From a virus (taxonomy: Duplodnaviria > Caudoviricetes): 64,000 bases of DNA. Positions 17,989 through 28,387 of this stretch are shown piece by piece; the first letter of the stretch is position 1, and each line of letters opens with the position of its first letter. Location of the stretch: IMG/VR virus record IMGVR_UViG_3300028805_000061; one strand, 5' to 3'. The translations under genes and the position numbers were made by a program. The notes beneath the pieces were generated by a model, which worked only from the letters and a program-made list of their open reading frames with translations, made no database searches and was not told where the DNA came from.

Positions 17989-19385
17989 TGATATTAGATG
18001 ACATTCTAAATAAAATAAGATATAAACAATCAGTAGATATTCCTAGACAAGATTTAGTAATGTTGTCTTTAGCATTGTGGAAAGAAGCTAATTTAATTGA
18101 AGAAGATAGTACCGAAGCACCTGGTAAAGCTGCTATAGAATATTTACTAAATCAAAAATATATGATTATAGAAAATCCAAAATTAGTAGATTCTGTAATA
18201 GATGTTCTTCTTAAAGAAATAGATGGAGTAATTAAAAAAGTGGTAGCAAAATATCATGTTAAAAGAAAAGGTAAAAATTTCTATTTTGATGAAGCCCTTG
18301 AGTTTGCTATTATTTCTCCAGATAAAATGAGTGATTGTGAAGATGCTAATCAATTAATAGCTAATCTATATGCTGCACAAGTTGAATTAGAAACTTTAAG
18401 AGTACAATTAACTAGGACAAATCTTCAAAATACTTCTCAAACTATATTGGCTAAACAAGCAGTATTAGATAAAGAACAAGAAATAAAAGAGATGAAAAAG
18501 AGACTAAGACTGTTTAGTTATTTTGATTCCGTTAGTGATCAAAATAATTTATATAGAAGATCTCTTGGAGAAGCTAAAAAAGAAGTTACTACTGGAGCTA
18601 TAGCTGGTGGGGTTGTTGGTAGTAAAATTGGTTCAGACAAATTTAAGAAAAAAGCTAATTTTGTTACTAAACAACAAAAGTTTCAACAAAATGTAAAGAA
18701 CTTAAATAATTCTAAAAAAGAAATGCAAGGTTTAGCTTCAGAAATAAAACATATTTACAATACTGGTCTAAGTCCAAATAAACAAAAGAAAGTAAATAAA
18801 TTAGTAGGCAAAATGAAACAAACTCTTAAAGACCAAAGACTTCTTAGAAATTCTGTTAAAAAAGGTGGAAAACAAGTAGTTGGTTTATCTAGAGAAGCTG
18901 CTAAAAGAGGTTTAAAAACTGGACTTAAAGGAGCTGCTATTGGAGCTGGTATTGGTTTAGGAACTGCTGCAATTCATAAAGCTCTTAATAAAAATGAATC
19001 ATTAACAGAAAGACTAAATCAACATTTGAGTAGATTAGAGGAAAAAACCTCTACTTTAAATACTTTTAAGGATAATAAGGGGATATATCAACTAGACACT
19101 TTTAGAAATAGAGCAAAGAATTTTTTACTCTCTCCTAAAGTAAATAATAGAACTACAATTTCTGCTGCTTTACTTGTAGGAGGAGTTGGTATTAGTTTAT
19201 TATTGAAAAAGGCTAAAGAAAAAGGAGCAGGAACTACTATAGGTTCTATTAAAAGAGCTGTAAGTAGAGTTCAAAAATCTAGTAAATATACTAATACACA
19301 AAAAGCTAAAATAAAAAATTCTGGAGATTTAGCAATAAGAAGAATAAATCAAGTATTTAAGAATAAAAAGGAGATTAACAAATGA
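17988..19385 (+). CDS. modular protein with cationic glycine-zipper modules
   Basis: Start moved to the ATG overlapping the upstream TAA; GLKGAAIGAGIGLGTAAIHKALNKNESLTERLNQHLSRLEE. Confidence 0.7.
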   Translation: MILDDILNKIRYKQSVDIPRQDLVMLSLALWKEANLIEEDSTEAPGKAAIEYLLNQKYMIIENPKLVDSVIDVLLKEIDGVIKKVVAKYHVKRKGKNFYFDEALEFAIISPDKMSDCEDANQLIANLYAAQVELETLRVQLTRTNLQNTSQTILAKQAVLDKEQEIKEMKKRLRLFSYFDSVSDQNNLYRRSLGEAKKEVTTGAIAGGVVGSKIGSDKFKKKANFVTKQQKFQQNVKNLNNSKKEMQGLASEIKHIYNTGLSPNKQKKVNKLVGKMKQTLKDQRLLRNSVKKGGKQVVGLSREAAKRGLKTGLKGAAIGAGIGLGTAAIHKALNKNESLTERLNQHLSRLEEKTSTLNTFKDNKGIYQLDTFRNRAKNFLLSPKVNNRTTISAALLVGGVGISLLLKKAKEKGAGTTIGSIKRAVSRVQKSSKYTNTQKAKIKNSGDLAIRRINQVFKNKKEINK

Positions 19386-19999
19386 AAAATGAATCAGTAG
19401 GTCTTAGACTTTTGAATAAGTTAGATATGCTTTCTCAAGGTCAACATATTTTTGAAGAAGTAGATGCACCAGAAAATGATGGGACAGCTGAAGATGCTGC
19501 AGAAGCTACAGAAGAAACTTCTGAAACCCTTAAAAGATTAAGAGGTCATTTATATAGATTCCAAGAAGCTGAAGGTGATAAAAAAGCTGTTGGAGCTGGT
19601 GCTTTAACTGGAGCTGTTGCTGGGACTGCTTTAGCTAGAAGATCAGCAGAAAAAGCTTATGGATTAAAAAATGCTGCTAAAGGTTTTGCTAAAAAAGGAG
19701 CAGAAGCTTCAAAAAATGCTGAATATTTTGCTAATAAAGCAATAGCAAAAGATGCAATGGCAAAAGCTAATAAAGTTGTTGGAAATAAAGCTACTGCTAA
19801 AGGTTTTGCCAAATCAGCAGCAGCTTCAGCAGGAGCAGCAGAAAAAGCAGCTAAGGGGGCTAAAGGGTTTGGTAAAGCAGCAAAAGAAGTAATGAAACCT
19901 ATTACCTCCAAAGGTTTCAAAGGTGGACTTAAGGGGGCAGCAATTGGGGCTGGAGCTGCTTATTTAGGTAAAAAAGCTTATGACTACTTTAAAAATTAA
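19382..19999 (+). CDS. cationic glycine-zipper protein with acidic pro-region
   Basis: MKNES...HIFEE, acidic spacer, RFQE, then GAGALTGAVAG...GLKGAAIGAGAAYLGKKAYDYFKN. Confidence 0.75.
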   Translation: MKNESVGLRLLNKLDMLSQGQHIFEEVDAPENDGTAEDAAEATEETSETLKRLRGHLYRFQEAEGDKKAVGAGALTGAVAGTALARRSAEKAYGLKNAAKGFAKKGAEASKNAEYFANKAIAKDAMAKANKVVGNKATAKGFAKSAAASAGAAEKAAKGAKGFGKAAKEVMKPITSKGFKGGLKGAAIGAGAAYLGKKAYDYFKN

Positions 20000-20035
20000 T
20001 AACTAAAAAAATTCTAACTGGTGATGGCAATACAG

Positions 20036-20076
20036 AAGAGAGAATAGATTATTTTCTATTCTCTCTTTATTTTTTT
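20036..20076 (+). terminator. intrinsic terminator closing the glycine-zipper operon
   Basis: AAGAGAGAATAGA / TCTATTCTCTCTT followed by a T tract. Confidence 0.85.
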
Positions 20077-20142
20077 GAATTTGAAAGTATTAAAAATCTT
20101 CTAATAATTTATGTTTTTATTAAATTAAGGAGATTATATAAA

Positions 20143-20376
20143 ATGGAAATTGCAAATGATCCATCAAACAGAATTATTTTGGAAGAGGGAAAAGATAGAA
20201 GAAGAAAATTATTAAATCTTTTTTATAAATATGTTAGAGAAGATGTAGTAATAGTACCCAAATTTGAATATGATAGACTTCTTAAAGAAAATCATACTTT
20301 AGAAGTTCAAAATAAATTATTGAATGAAATGAGACAAGCTGAGATAGATAGAAGAGATATACATAGGCCAGTGTAA
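20143..20376 (+). CDS. hypothetical protein
   Basis: RBS AAGGAG. Confidence 0.6.
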   Translation: MEIANDPSNRIILEEGKDRRRKLLNLFYKYVREDVVIVPKFEYDRLLKENHTLEVQNKLLNEMRQAEIDRRDIHRPV

Positions 20377-20882
20377 TGACTAATTTATTTTTATTAGAAA
20401 AGATCCCTTTAATAGAAAATATTAACTTAAATCTTTTATTTGACAAAGAAATGAATTTAAGAGAATTAGTTGATGCATATATTCAAATAGAAGCACAATT
20501 GAATGAAAAAGAAACTTATAAAATAACAAAAAAGTTAAGATATGTCTATGAAGATAAAATAATTAGTTTTGATAGATTATTAAATTTTGTTATTAAATTT
20601 TTAAATGAAATAATCTATCAAATAGAAGCTATTGACTCTGGTTTAAACTTATCTCCAGAATTTTATTTGAATTTTCCAGGTTTAAGTAATGTTAATATAA
20701 AAATTAGGAAAAATTTAAAAAAGTCCATTGGAAATATTACAGAGTATAAATTACAGCCTTATATAATTAAACTATATACAATATTAACAAGTTATAAAGG
20801 AACTGATATTTTGCAAAAGAAAAAATACCAAAAAATGATAGAAGCTCAAGAAGATTCAATGAAATACCAAGGAGGTTATTAA
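20376..20882 (+). CDS. hypothetical protein
   Basis: TAATG coupling. Confidence 0.6.
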   Translation: MTNLFLLEKIPLIENINLNLLFDKEMNLRELVDAYIQIEAQLNEKETYKITKKLRYVYEDKIISFDRLLNFVIKFLNEIIYQIEAIDSGLNLSPEFYLNFPGLSNVNIKIRKNLKKSIGNITEYKLQPYIIKLYTILTSYKGTDILQKKKYQKMIEAQEDSMKYQGGY

Positions 20883-21086
20883 ATGGAAACATTTTTATTG
20901 TTATTATTAGGAGCTGTTATTTATGCTATTTATTTAATAATAGAATTTGCAATTCCTATAGCATTAATATATTTAATACTATCACATCCTCATAATACTA
21001 CTATTTGGGTTTGGGCAATATTACTTTTAGTATGGTTTATTACTAGAATGACAGTTTATATAATTAAAGAGGTTAAGAAGAAATGA
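20883..21086 (+). CDS. small membrane protein with two TM helices
   Basis: Highly hydrophobic; RBS GGAGG. Confidence 0.65.
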   Translation: METFLLLLLGAVIYAIYLIIEFAIPIALIYLILSHPHNTTIWVWAILLLVWFITRMTVYIIKEVKKK

Positions 21087-23029
21087 ATGATCTAAGTTTA
21101 GGTGAACAAGGAGAAGCTTTGTTCAATGGTAAATCTTTAGATGATATTACATTAGATGATGTAGAAGAATTTAAAGAAGCTTACTATGAAGGAGACCCAA
21201 AGATATCAGATGAAGAATATGATGAGATAATTCAAAAGAAATTCGAAGGAAAAGATCCAACATTAGGCTACCAAGTAAATAAATCTTCTGGGTTAAGATT
21301 TGAAGTTAAACAACATGAAATAAGAATGAAGGGTCAAGACAAAATTCTTTCTTGGGAAGAATATTTGAATTGGATTGATGAGACCGATACTTATTTTGGT
21401 AAAAAATTAGAATATTTAGTTCAATATAAGTTAGATGGTTTATCTCTTTCATTAACTTATGAAAAAGGGCAATTAAAAGAAGCTTTACTTAGAGGAGATG
21501 GTTCACAAGGTGAAAACATATTAAATTCTGCAGTACTATTTAAAGGGGTTAAAAAACTAATTCCTTATAAGGATTCAAAAATATATGTAAGAGGTGAAAT
21601 AGTATTAACACAAGAAGATTTTGAGAAAATCCCTTTAGAGAAAAAATCAAATAGAAGAAATGTTGCAGCTGGAGTAGCAAGAAGAATTGATCCAGAATTT
21701 GCACCTTATTTAAGTTTTGTTGCTTGGGGTATTGAGGGAGATATAGAATTTGATACAGAAGCAGATAAAATAAAATTTCTTCAAAGAACTTTAGGTTTTA
21801 ATACAGTAAAAACAATAAGAAGTTCACAATTTACAGAAGAGGTATATAAGGATTATGGTGATAAAAGAGACAAATTAGATCTATTAATAGATGGTATGGT
21901 TATTAAGATAAATGATTTATCACTAAGAAATCAATTAGATGAAAATCCAGATACACAACATGGTCAAGTAGCTTTAAAATTTCCTGCAATGAGAAAAGCT
22001 TCAACACTTAAAAAAGTAGAATGGATTACTGGTAAAACTGGTAAAGTAGCTCCTACAGCAGTAATTGAGCCTATAGAATTACTGGGTAGTGTTATTGGTA
22101 GAGTTACATTATGTAGTTTACAAGAAATAGAAAGACTTGATCTACAATTAAATGAGAAGATTTGGGTAGAAAAAAGAGGAGACGTAATTCCAAAAATATA
22201 TGCTTATGATGATGAAATATCTACAGCAAATAATCAAATCCCTTTAGAAATACCAGATAGGTGCCCAAGTTGTGGTAGTAGATTAAAACGTATAGGAGCT
22301 GACTTATATTGTACAAATGATAATTGTAAAGCTCAATTAGGTGGTAGAGTTGAATCAGTATTTAAAGCTTTAGATATAAAAGGTTTTGGAGAAGTTGTTT
22401 GTGATCAACTTGTAGAAGCTGATTGTATAAAAAAGATTTCAGATATATTTACTTTAGATACTTATCATTTAGAAACAGCTTGTGGCTATAGATTAGATAA
22501 CTCTAAAAATTTAATTAATAGAATTAAAGAAAGAATAGATAAGGGTATTACTTTATCAGAATTAATACAGATATTACAAATACCCAATGTAGGAAGATCT
22601 GCTGGAGATAAAATACAAGATGTATATGATGATATAGATGAATTAATATTCTTTGCTGAACAAGGAGAAGTTAATAAATTTACTAAAGTACTAGGAGAAG
22701 CTGCTGGTTTAGCTTTATATAAGGGTTTACTTAATATGTCAGATCAAATAGACGATATTCTTCAAGTAGTAAAAATAGTAAAACCCACTAAAGATGATTC
22801 AGAATATCATGGAGCTTTTTGTTTTACAGGTTTTAGAGATAAAGATTTAGCTAAACAATTAGATGACTTAGGTTATAAAGAATTATCTTCTGTAACTAAA
22901 GCTTGTACATTATTAGTTAGTAAGGAAATGTCATTAACAGGTAAACTAAAGAAAGCACAAGAAAGAGGAGTTAAAGTAATTTCCTTATCTCAATTGAAAC
23001 AAATGCTAGCAGATGGAACTTTAGTTTAA
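21083..23029 (+). CDS. ligA: NAD+-dependent DNA ligase
   Basis: YY.G.P.ISDEEYD, KLDGLS adenylation motif, RGDG..GENI, VRGEI, DGMVIK, OB fold, CPSC zinc finger, HhH and C-terminal BRCT. Confidence 0.95.
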   Translation: MNDLSLGEQGEALFNGKSLDDITLDDVEEFKEAYYEGDPKISDEEYDEIIQKKFEGKDPTLGYQVNKSSGLRFEVKQHEIRMKGQDKILSWEEYLNWIDETDTYFGKKLEYLVQYKLDGLSLSLTYEKGQLKEALLRGDGSQGENILNSAVLFKGVKKLIPYKDSKIYVRGEIVLTQEDFEKIPLEKKSNRRNVAAGVARRIDPEFAPYLSFVAWGIEGDIEFDTEADKIKFLQRTLGFNTVKTIRSSQFTEEVYKDYGDKRDKLDLLIDGMVIKINDLSLRNQLDENPDTQHGQVALKFPAMRKASTLKKVEWITGKTGKVAPTAVIEPIELLGSVIGRVTLCSLQEIERLDLQLNEKIWVEKRGDVIPKIYAYDDEISTANNQIPLEIPDRCPSCGSRLKRIGADLYCTNDNCKAQLGGRVESVFKALDIKGFGEVVCDQLVEADCIKKISDIFTLDTYHLETACGYRLDNSKNLINRIKERIDKGITLSELIQILQIPNVGRSAGDKIQDVYDDIDELIFFAEQGEVNKFTKVLGEAAGLALYKGLLNMSDQIDDILQVVKIVKPTKDDSEYHGAFCFTGFRDKDLAKQLDDLGYKELSSVTKACTLLVSKEMSLTGKLKKAQERGVKVISLSQLKQMLADGTLV

Positions 23030-23058
23030 ATTATTTATAATAACATTTGGAGAAAAAA

Positions 23059-23952
23059 TTGTATAATCGATTTAATAATTTTCAGCTAGATTTACAAGAA
23101 AGAGTTTCTGTGGCAAGATCATTTAGTATTGCTACTGGGGTTAATTCAGCTGAAAAACTAAAAGAGTATCTATGGAAAGTAATTCATAATGAAAATGCTA
23201 ATAGGAAATTATATTATAGATTATTAGATGCTGGTTTAAATAAGCCAGTGTTGATAAGAGATCAAGCTTTAGAAATTCTACCTGGTAAGTTTATTGATAT
23301 TTATTTTGTTCTTAGAGACGCTAATAAATCAGCACCAAGAGGACAACAAGGAGTAGATAATTCTATTTTTAAAAAATCCAGAATAAATATTTCATTATAT
23401 GCTAATTTAGAAGACGATTATATTGAATGGAGAGATACTTATCCAGCTACAATAGATCATGAATTAACTCACACCTTTCAATCTATGGATATAGCTGTAA
23501 GATATCTTTTACAGAAAAATAGAAAATTTCCAAATTATCAACCAAATTATGATGATATTATCAAATTAATGACTAGAATAAATGATAAAAATAGGAAATT
23601 CAATACTAAATTTAAAGGACTTAATACAGATTTTAATATAGCTTTAGATTATATTTCTTCAGATAGAGAAATGGGAGCAAGAGCTCATGCATTTCTTAGA
23701 CAGTTGTATAGTAAAGATAAAAATCTTTTTAATGATGTAATTAGTTATTGTGAACATGGTTGGCCTACTTTTGATTATTTGAATAGAAAATTAAGTAAGG
23801 GTAATTGGCATGGTTGGTCAGATTTAGATAATTTAAGTAGAAATGAAATAAAGGCTTTAGGTTATAAAGAAGAAGAAACAAATGGTTTTGCTTTAAAATA
23901 TGATTTTTTAGATAAAGCGTATGATTGGTATACAACACAATACAAACAGTAG
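23059..23952 (+). CDS. putative zincin metallopeptidase (HEXXH)
   Basis: TIDHELTHTFQ...Y....EMGARAH; likely TTG start at 23059 after GGAG. Confidence 0.6.
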   Translation: MYNRFNNFQLDLQERVSVARSFSIATGVNSAEKLKEYLWKVIHNENANRKLYYRLLDAGLNKPVLIRDQALEILPGKFIDIYFVLRDANKSAPRGQQGVDNSIFKKSRINISLYANLEDDYIEWRDTYPATIDHELTHTFQSMDIAVRYLLQKNRKFPNYQPNYDDIIKLMTRINDKNRKFNTKFKGLNTDFNIALDYISSDREMGARAHAFLRQLYSKDKNLFNDVISYCEHGWPTFDYLNRKLSKGNWHGWSDLDNLSRNEIKALGYKEEETNGFALKYDFLDKAYDWYTTQYKQ

Positions 23953-23961
23953 GAGAAGAAA

Positions 23962-25542
23962 ATGAATACAAATTTTGATAACCTAGTATCTATAAATGAT
24001 TTTCGTGATCCTGGTGATTTCATATATAATTCTGATTTAGTTGTTTTTACAGAGTATGGAGCCCAGTTAAAAAATTTAATTCCTAAAAATGTTGCTTTAG
24101 GAGCTACTTATTGGAAATCAGTTGATGCTAATTATGGAAATGGTGATATAACTTTATCAGCTATAATAGCTGGGAATGTCAATGTACAAAGTCATAAACT
24201 TTGTTTAGTGGGAGGACAATATCCAAAATTATTAGAATACTATTTAACTAACTTAAATACTTTTGCAGATTGTATTCCTTCTGGTTCTATAGTTTTTCAA
24301 TTTCATCCAAATTATTCAGGAACTCCAAAACAAACACAATATATTTTTCATTGGGGTATAGGTGATTCAGATAATGAAGATGTAGAAAATGAAGAAACAC
24401 ATCAATTAGAAGAACCTTATTCTAGAAAGAATTATTTAGAAATTCTTCATACTGTTACTGGAGATATTATTTATAATATTTATGATAAATCTGGTAATGT
24501 TTATCAATCTAAAGTAGAATCGGTATTAATAGAAGAAGCATTAAGACCATACGAATTTAAGTTTTTATGGGATTATACTACTGATATAAATAATGAAACA
24601 AGAATCAAAATATATTTATACTTTGAAGGTGAACTATTAGATGTTTTTGATTTTGATGGTGAAAATTTCAATTTAGGAAAAATAGTTAATTTAGGTTTTG
24701 GTCAATCTGATCCAAAATTACCTTTTCCAAATTATTACATATCTAGTTTATTAGTAGATAAACTTCCTTCTGATTTTGATAAAGAGTATTATTGTCCTCA
24801 AGTATATAGCACAAGAGGTTATATTCCTATGTTTGAGACAAGATATACTATTTCTCCACAAAAAATAGAGCCTATAAGTCACATTACTTTAGAAGCTCTT
24901 CAAGATATTAAAGTAATAGTAAATGAATCTACTATTGCAGAAGGTTATAAAGAATATATTGGTTATACTTTTAAACTAGGTTGTAAAGAATACTTTTTTG
25001 ATAGATCTACTCTAACATGGAAAGAACATATTTATCCAGAAGATATTTCAGATTTACCTCACATGTTATTATATAAAGATCAACTTATTACTGAAGGGGT
25101 TACTTTTAAGTGCATTCCCTATCTAAGATCAGTTGATGGTAAAGGTACTCCTCAAATATTATCTATGACTACAACTTATAATGAGTATGTACCATGTAAA
25201 GAAAATCCCCCTGTAGCATTAATATATGGCTATATCAAAGATGTTTTAGGTAATCCTGTATGTAATGCTAAAATCATGATTTCTCCTTCTAAAGCAAGTG
25301 TAGCTGGTACAGGAAATTATATTTTACCACAAATGACTAAAATTATTAGAAGTGGGCAAAATGGTTATTGGGATGCTGAATTAGCTTTATCAGATATATT
25401 TGATCCAGAAATATTATATAATATTCAAATAATTATTAGAGAAAAAGTTGTATATCAAAGAGCTAATATAAGAATAATGAGAGAGGGTACTATTAGATTT
25501 GAAGAGTTGATTGAGGAGAATAATCGTGACTGTTATTGTTAA
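23962..25542 (+). CDS. putative virion structural protein (LamG-like plus C-terminal prealbumin-like beta domain)
   Basis: GSIVFQFHPNYSGTP...IFHWG; IYGYIKDVLGNPVCNAKIMI. Confidence 0.45.
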   Translation: MNTNFDNLVSINDFRDPGDFIYNSDLVVFTEYGAQLKNLIPKNVALGATYWKSVDANYGNGDITLSAIIAGNVNVQSHKLCLVGGQYPKLLEYYLTNLNTFADCIPSGSIVFQFHPNYSGTPKQTQYIFHWGIGDSDNEDVENEETHQLEEPYSRKNYLEILHTVTGDIIYNIYDKSGNVYQSKVESVLIEEALRPYEFKFLWDYTTDINNETRIKIYLYFEGELLDVFDFDGENFNLGKIVNLGFGQSDPKLPFPNYYISSLLVDKLPSDFDKEYYCPQVYSTRGYIPMFETRYTISPQKIEPISHITLEALQDIKVIVNESTIAEGYKEYIGYTFKLGCKEYFFDRSTLTWKEHIYPEDISDLPHMLLYKDQLITEGVTFKCIPYLRSVDGKGTPQILSMTTTYNEYVPCKENPPVALIYGYIKDVLGNPVCNAKIMISPSKASVAGTGNYILPQMTKIIRSGQNGYWDAELALSDIFDPEILYNIQIIIREKVVYQRANIRIMREGTIRFEELIEENNRDCYC

Positions 25543-26299
25543 TGAAGATATAATAGCTTTAGAAAGAACTACTGAAGGAAAATTTCAAAATCTAATAAAT
25601 GACCTAAATAAATATGCTGGACTAATAAATGATTTAGAAGCACAATTTGGTCAATTAGGTATGGTTTCTAGAATAGAGAAATTACTAGAAAGAAGTATGG
25701 CTAAAAGATTAGGTTGGAATGTAAGAATAATTTCTGAAATAGACAAAGACTATATTAGAAATATTTCTATTTCAACAATTATTCCTACTTTAATATTATC
25801 TAGAAAATTTACTACAGATTTTATTAAAGCTATTAAACAAGGTGATTGTAAAAATATTTTATTGAAATTGAAAAATGATTTAAAAGCTAAAGCAAAAGAA
25901 GTAGTTAGAGAAGGGAATGACCCTTTCGAAGAAAGTATGATTAAACAAAATTATATAGTAATAGAGGCTTCTACTGTTGGGGGCTGTTTTCATGCTGCTT
26001 TACCGGTGAACGCTTTATCATTAGTTGATACAGATGATGCCAATAATGCTTATATAGCTAAAGAGACTAAGAAAAACCATTTTATTTTAAAATCAACTAA
26101 AGAACAAATGAAAGCTGCTGTAATAAAAGCTTTATACAATAAAGGCTTGTCAGAAGATCAATTAAATAAATATTTAAAAATAGCTATGTTAGGAAATTAT
26201 AAAATAATTAAAGAACACATACAAGAAAACATTAATAAAAACTATAAAATATTAGGAAGCAAGATAATTGTTTCATCTATTTATAATAAAGGGGAATAA
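25511..26299 (+). CDS. hypothetical protein (likely GTG start near 25526)
   Basis: RBS GAGGAG before GTG; lies just upstream of the portal gene. Confidence 0.6.
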   Translation: MRRIIVTVIVNEDIIALERTTEGKFQNLINDLNKYAGLINDLEAQFGQLGMVSRIEKLLERSMAKRLGWNVRIISEIDKDYIRNISISTIIPTLILSRKFTTDFIKAIKQGDCKNILLKLKNDLKAKAKEVVREGNDPFEESMIKQNYIVIEASTVGGCFHAALPVNALSLVDTDDANNAYIAKETKKNHFILKSTKEQMKAAVIKALYNKGLSEDQLNKYLKIAMLGNYKIIKEHIQENINKNYKILGSKIIVSSIYNKGE

Positions 26300-26301
26300 G
26301 A

Positions 26302-28350
26302 ATGTTCTATACAAATAATCCTATAACAAATTTTTTAAACTCATTTTATGATAGAGCTGATATAGGTGTTCAACAATTAGACCCACAATCTCAATTTGCA
26401 TCAGTTAAATCAGGAGTTAGAGAATTTGATCAGTATTATAAACAATCTGTATTTGCGCAAATATTAGAAAGAATTGCTGGAACAATTGACTCAAGGGGAA
26501 ACTTATTTAGCCGTTTAAGAAATTTTAAAGATGACCCATTAGCAATTACTATGATTGATATTTTTATAGAAGATGGTTTTTCACAAACACAAAATAAAGA
26601 TTTTTATGAAGTAACTTACTCCCCCATAAATAATTCTGCTGAAGAAGATGATCTTGAGCCAGAAGATGAAGAAACAGAAATTATTGAAGATGAAAAAATA
26701 AAAGAAATACAAGATGTAATAAATGCTTGTGAAAAGAAATTTCTTTTAAAATCAAAATTTAAAAATATTTTATTTGATCTATTTCTTTTAGGTGAATGGA
26801 TGTGGGAAACAAAGTATGAAAAAAATGGAGATCCAAAAACAGGTGGTTTACAGTCTATAAAAGATAATAAGCTAGTTGATAATATTATAGGTATATATGA
26901 AGATGAAGTAGTATCTTCCTATATTGAAATTTGTCAATCTAGTATGGGTGAACCTAATGGAGGAATTAGAGAAATTGATAAAGATAATATACTTCATCTG
27001 GTGCTAAATCCTGGTACAATTCGTTTTTATATAAATGAGAACTATGGTCTTTCTGGTTATAATTACAATACTGGTTTTAATAGGAGTTCAAGTTATGTAG
27101 CTGGTTGGAATAGTAATACTTCTGGTTTTAATAGTTCAAATACAATAGATGACCCAGCTAATAATTATAGAACTCCCTTAGATCAACCTACTAAAGGTTC
27201 TAAAATGCTTTCTAAATATATTAGAACTGGTAGATCAGTATTATATAGTTCACTTAAAACACTTGAGAAGTTGGCTTTATTAGATATGACTAATTTAGCT
27301 TTACTCTTAAAAAGAGCTTTAAGTCCAACTATAATGAATGTTCAAGTACCAGAAAGTTATTCATACAAGAAAGCATTAGAAGCTGCTACAGCTTATGAAC
27401 AATGGTTTTATGATTCTACAGAAGAAACAAGAAATACTTTTTCACAAACTGGAGTTGATAATATCAACTTTAATAGAATATTAGAATTATCTCAAAAATT
27501 CAAATGTATGCCAGTATGGGGAGATTCCAAAGGTGCATTACAAACTCTTGACTTAGCTGATACAAGAGATAATAGAGATGCTATTAATGATATTAAAGAT
27601 GAACTTTCACTTACTTCAGGAATCCCTTATTATTATTTTAACCCTCAAGCAGGAGGGATGGAAAAGAAAGAGATGTTAAAAACTTATGCAAAATATGCAA
27701 GGAAATTACATATTTTGCAACAGTCTATAGCTAATTCAGTAATAGAACTTCATTATAAAAATTTGAAATATAAAGGTTATAAAGTTAACAGAGAAGATAT
27801 AGCAGTTAAATTTAAAGCTATTGTTAATGCTGATTCACTTGAATCTATTGAAGAAATAATTAATTTGTTTACAGCATTGACAGAAATAGTTGGTTCATTA
27901 GATGCATTTGCTTCTTCACAAGCATTACATGTAAGAGTAGTAACAAAAGCATTTATGAAATACTTTAGATTTATTACTCAATCATATCCATTTATACAAG
28001 ATATGCTAGAAGAAGCTCCAGAACAAACTCTAACTGATAACCCTGATTTATTAGTTGGTAATATGGGACCAGGTATGATGGGTTATGCTGATCCTAATAT
28101 GAATCCAGAAGATGTAGTTGCAATGCAACAACCACAAATAGATCCACAAACTGGACAACCTTTACAGCTTTCAGCAACACCACAACAAGCTGAGTATGCT
28201 GAAGCTTATGAATTATTTGGTACAACAGATTTGAATGAAGGTATGTCAAGGTTTAAATATAAATTAGCAAAGAAAATGTCCAAAAAAGTAGAAAGTTTAG
28301 ATGAAGCCATAACTAATAAACCATATAGATATAGTCAGACTTCTTTCTAG
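26302..28350 (+). CDS. portal protein (T4 gp20-like)
   Basis: Size and position; DLFLLGEW, GRSVLY...L..L.LL...L.RAL.P, L....GIP..Y, YARKL..LQ..I motifs. Confidence 0.75.
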   Translation: MFYTNNPITNFLNSFYDRADIGVQQLDPQSQFASVKSGVREFDQYYKQSVFAQILERIAGTIDSRGNLFSRLRNFKDDPLAITMIDIFIEDGFSQTQNKDFYEVTYSPINNSAEEDDLEPEDEETEIIEDEKIKEIQDVINACEKKFLLKSKFKNILFDLFLLGEWMWETKYEKNGDPKTGGLQSIKDNKLVDNIIGIYEDEVVSSYIEICQSSMGEPNGGIREIDKDNILHLVLNPGTIRFYINENYGLSGYNYNTGFNRSSSYVAGWNSNTSGFNSSNTIDDPANNYRTPLDQPTKGSKMLSKYIRTGRSVLYSSLKTLEKLALLDMTNLALLLKRALSPTIMNVQVPESYSYKKALEAATAYEQWFYDSTEETRNTFSQTGVDNINFNRILELSQKFKCMPVWGDSKGALQTLDLADTRDNRDAINDIKDELSLTSGIPYYYFNPQAGGMEKKEMLKTYAKYARKLHILQQSIANSVIELHYKNLKYKGYKVNREDIAVKFKAIVNADSLESIEEIINLFTALTEIVGSLDAFASSQALHVRVVTKAFMKYFRFITQSYPFIQDMLEEAPEQTLTDNPDLLVGNMGPGMMGYADPNMNPEDVVAMQQPQIDPQTGQPLQLSATPQQAEYAEAYELFGTTDLNEGMSRFKYKLAKKMSKKVESLDEAITNKPYRYSQTSF

Positions 28351-28387
28351 AAAAATTAGATTAAAATAAAGTTGAAAGAGAAAAGTT

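Noticed and set aside
15926-19999. Tape measure or collagen-like interpretation of the Gly/Ala-rich genes
   Set aside because: There is no Gly-X-Y periodicity, and a proper tape measure gene is present at 51179 in the expected context.
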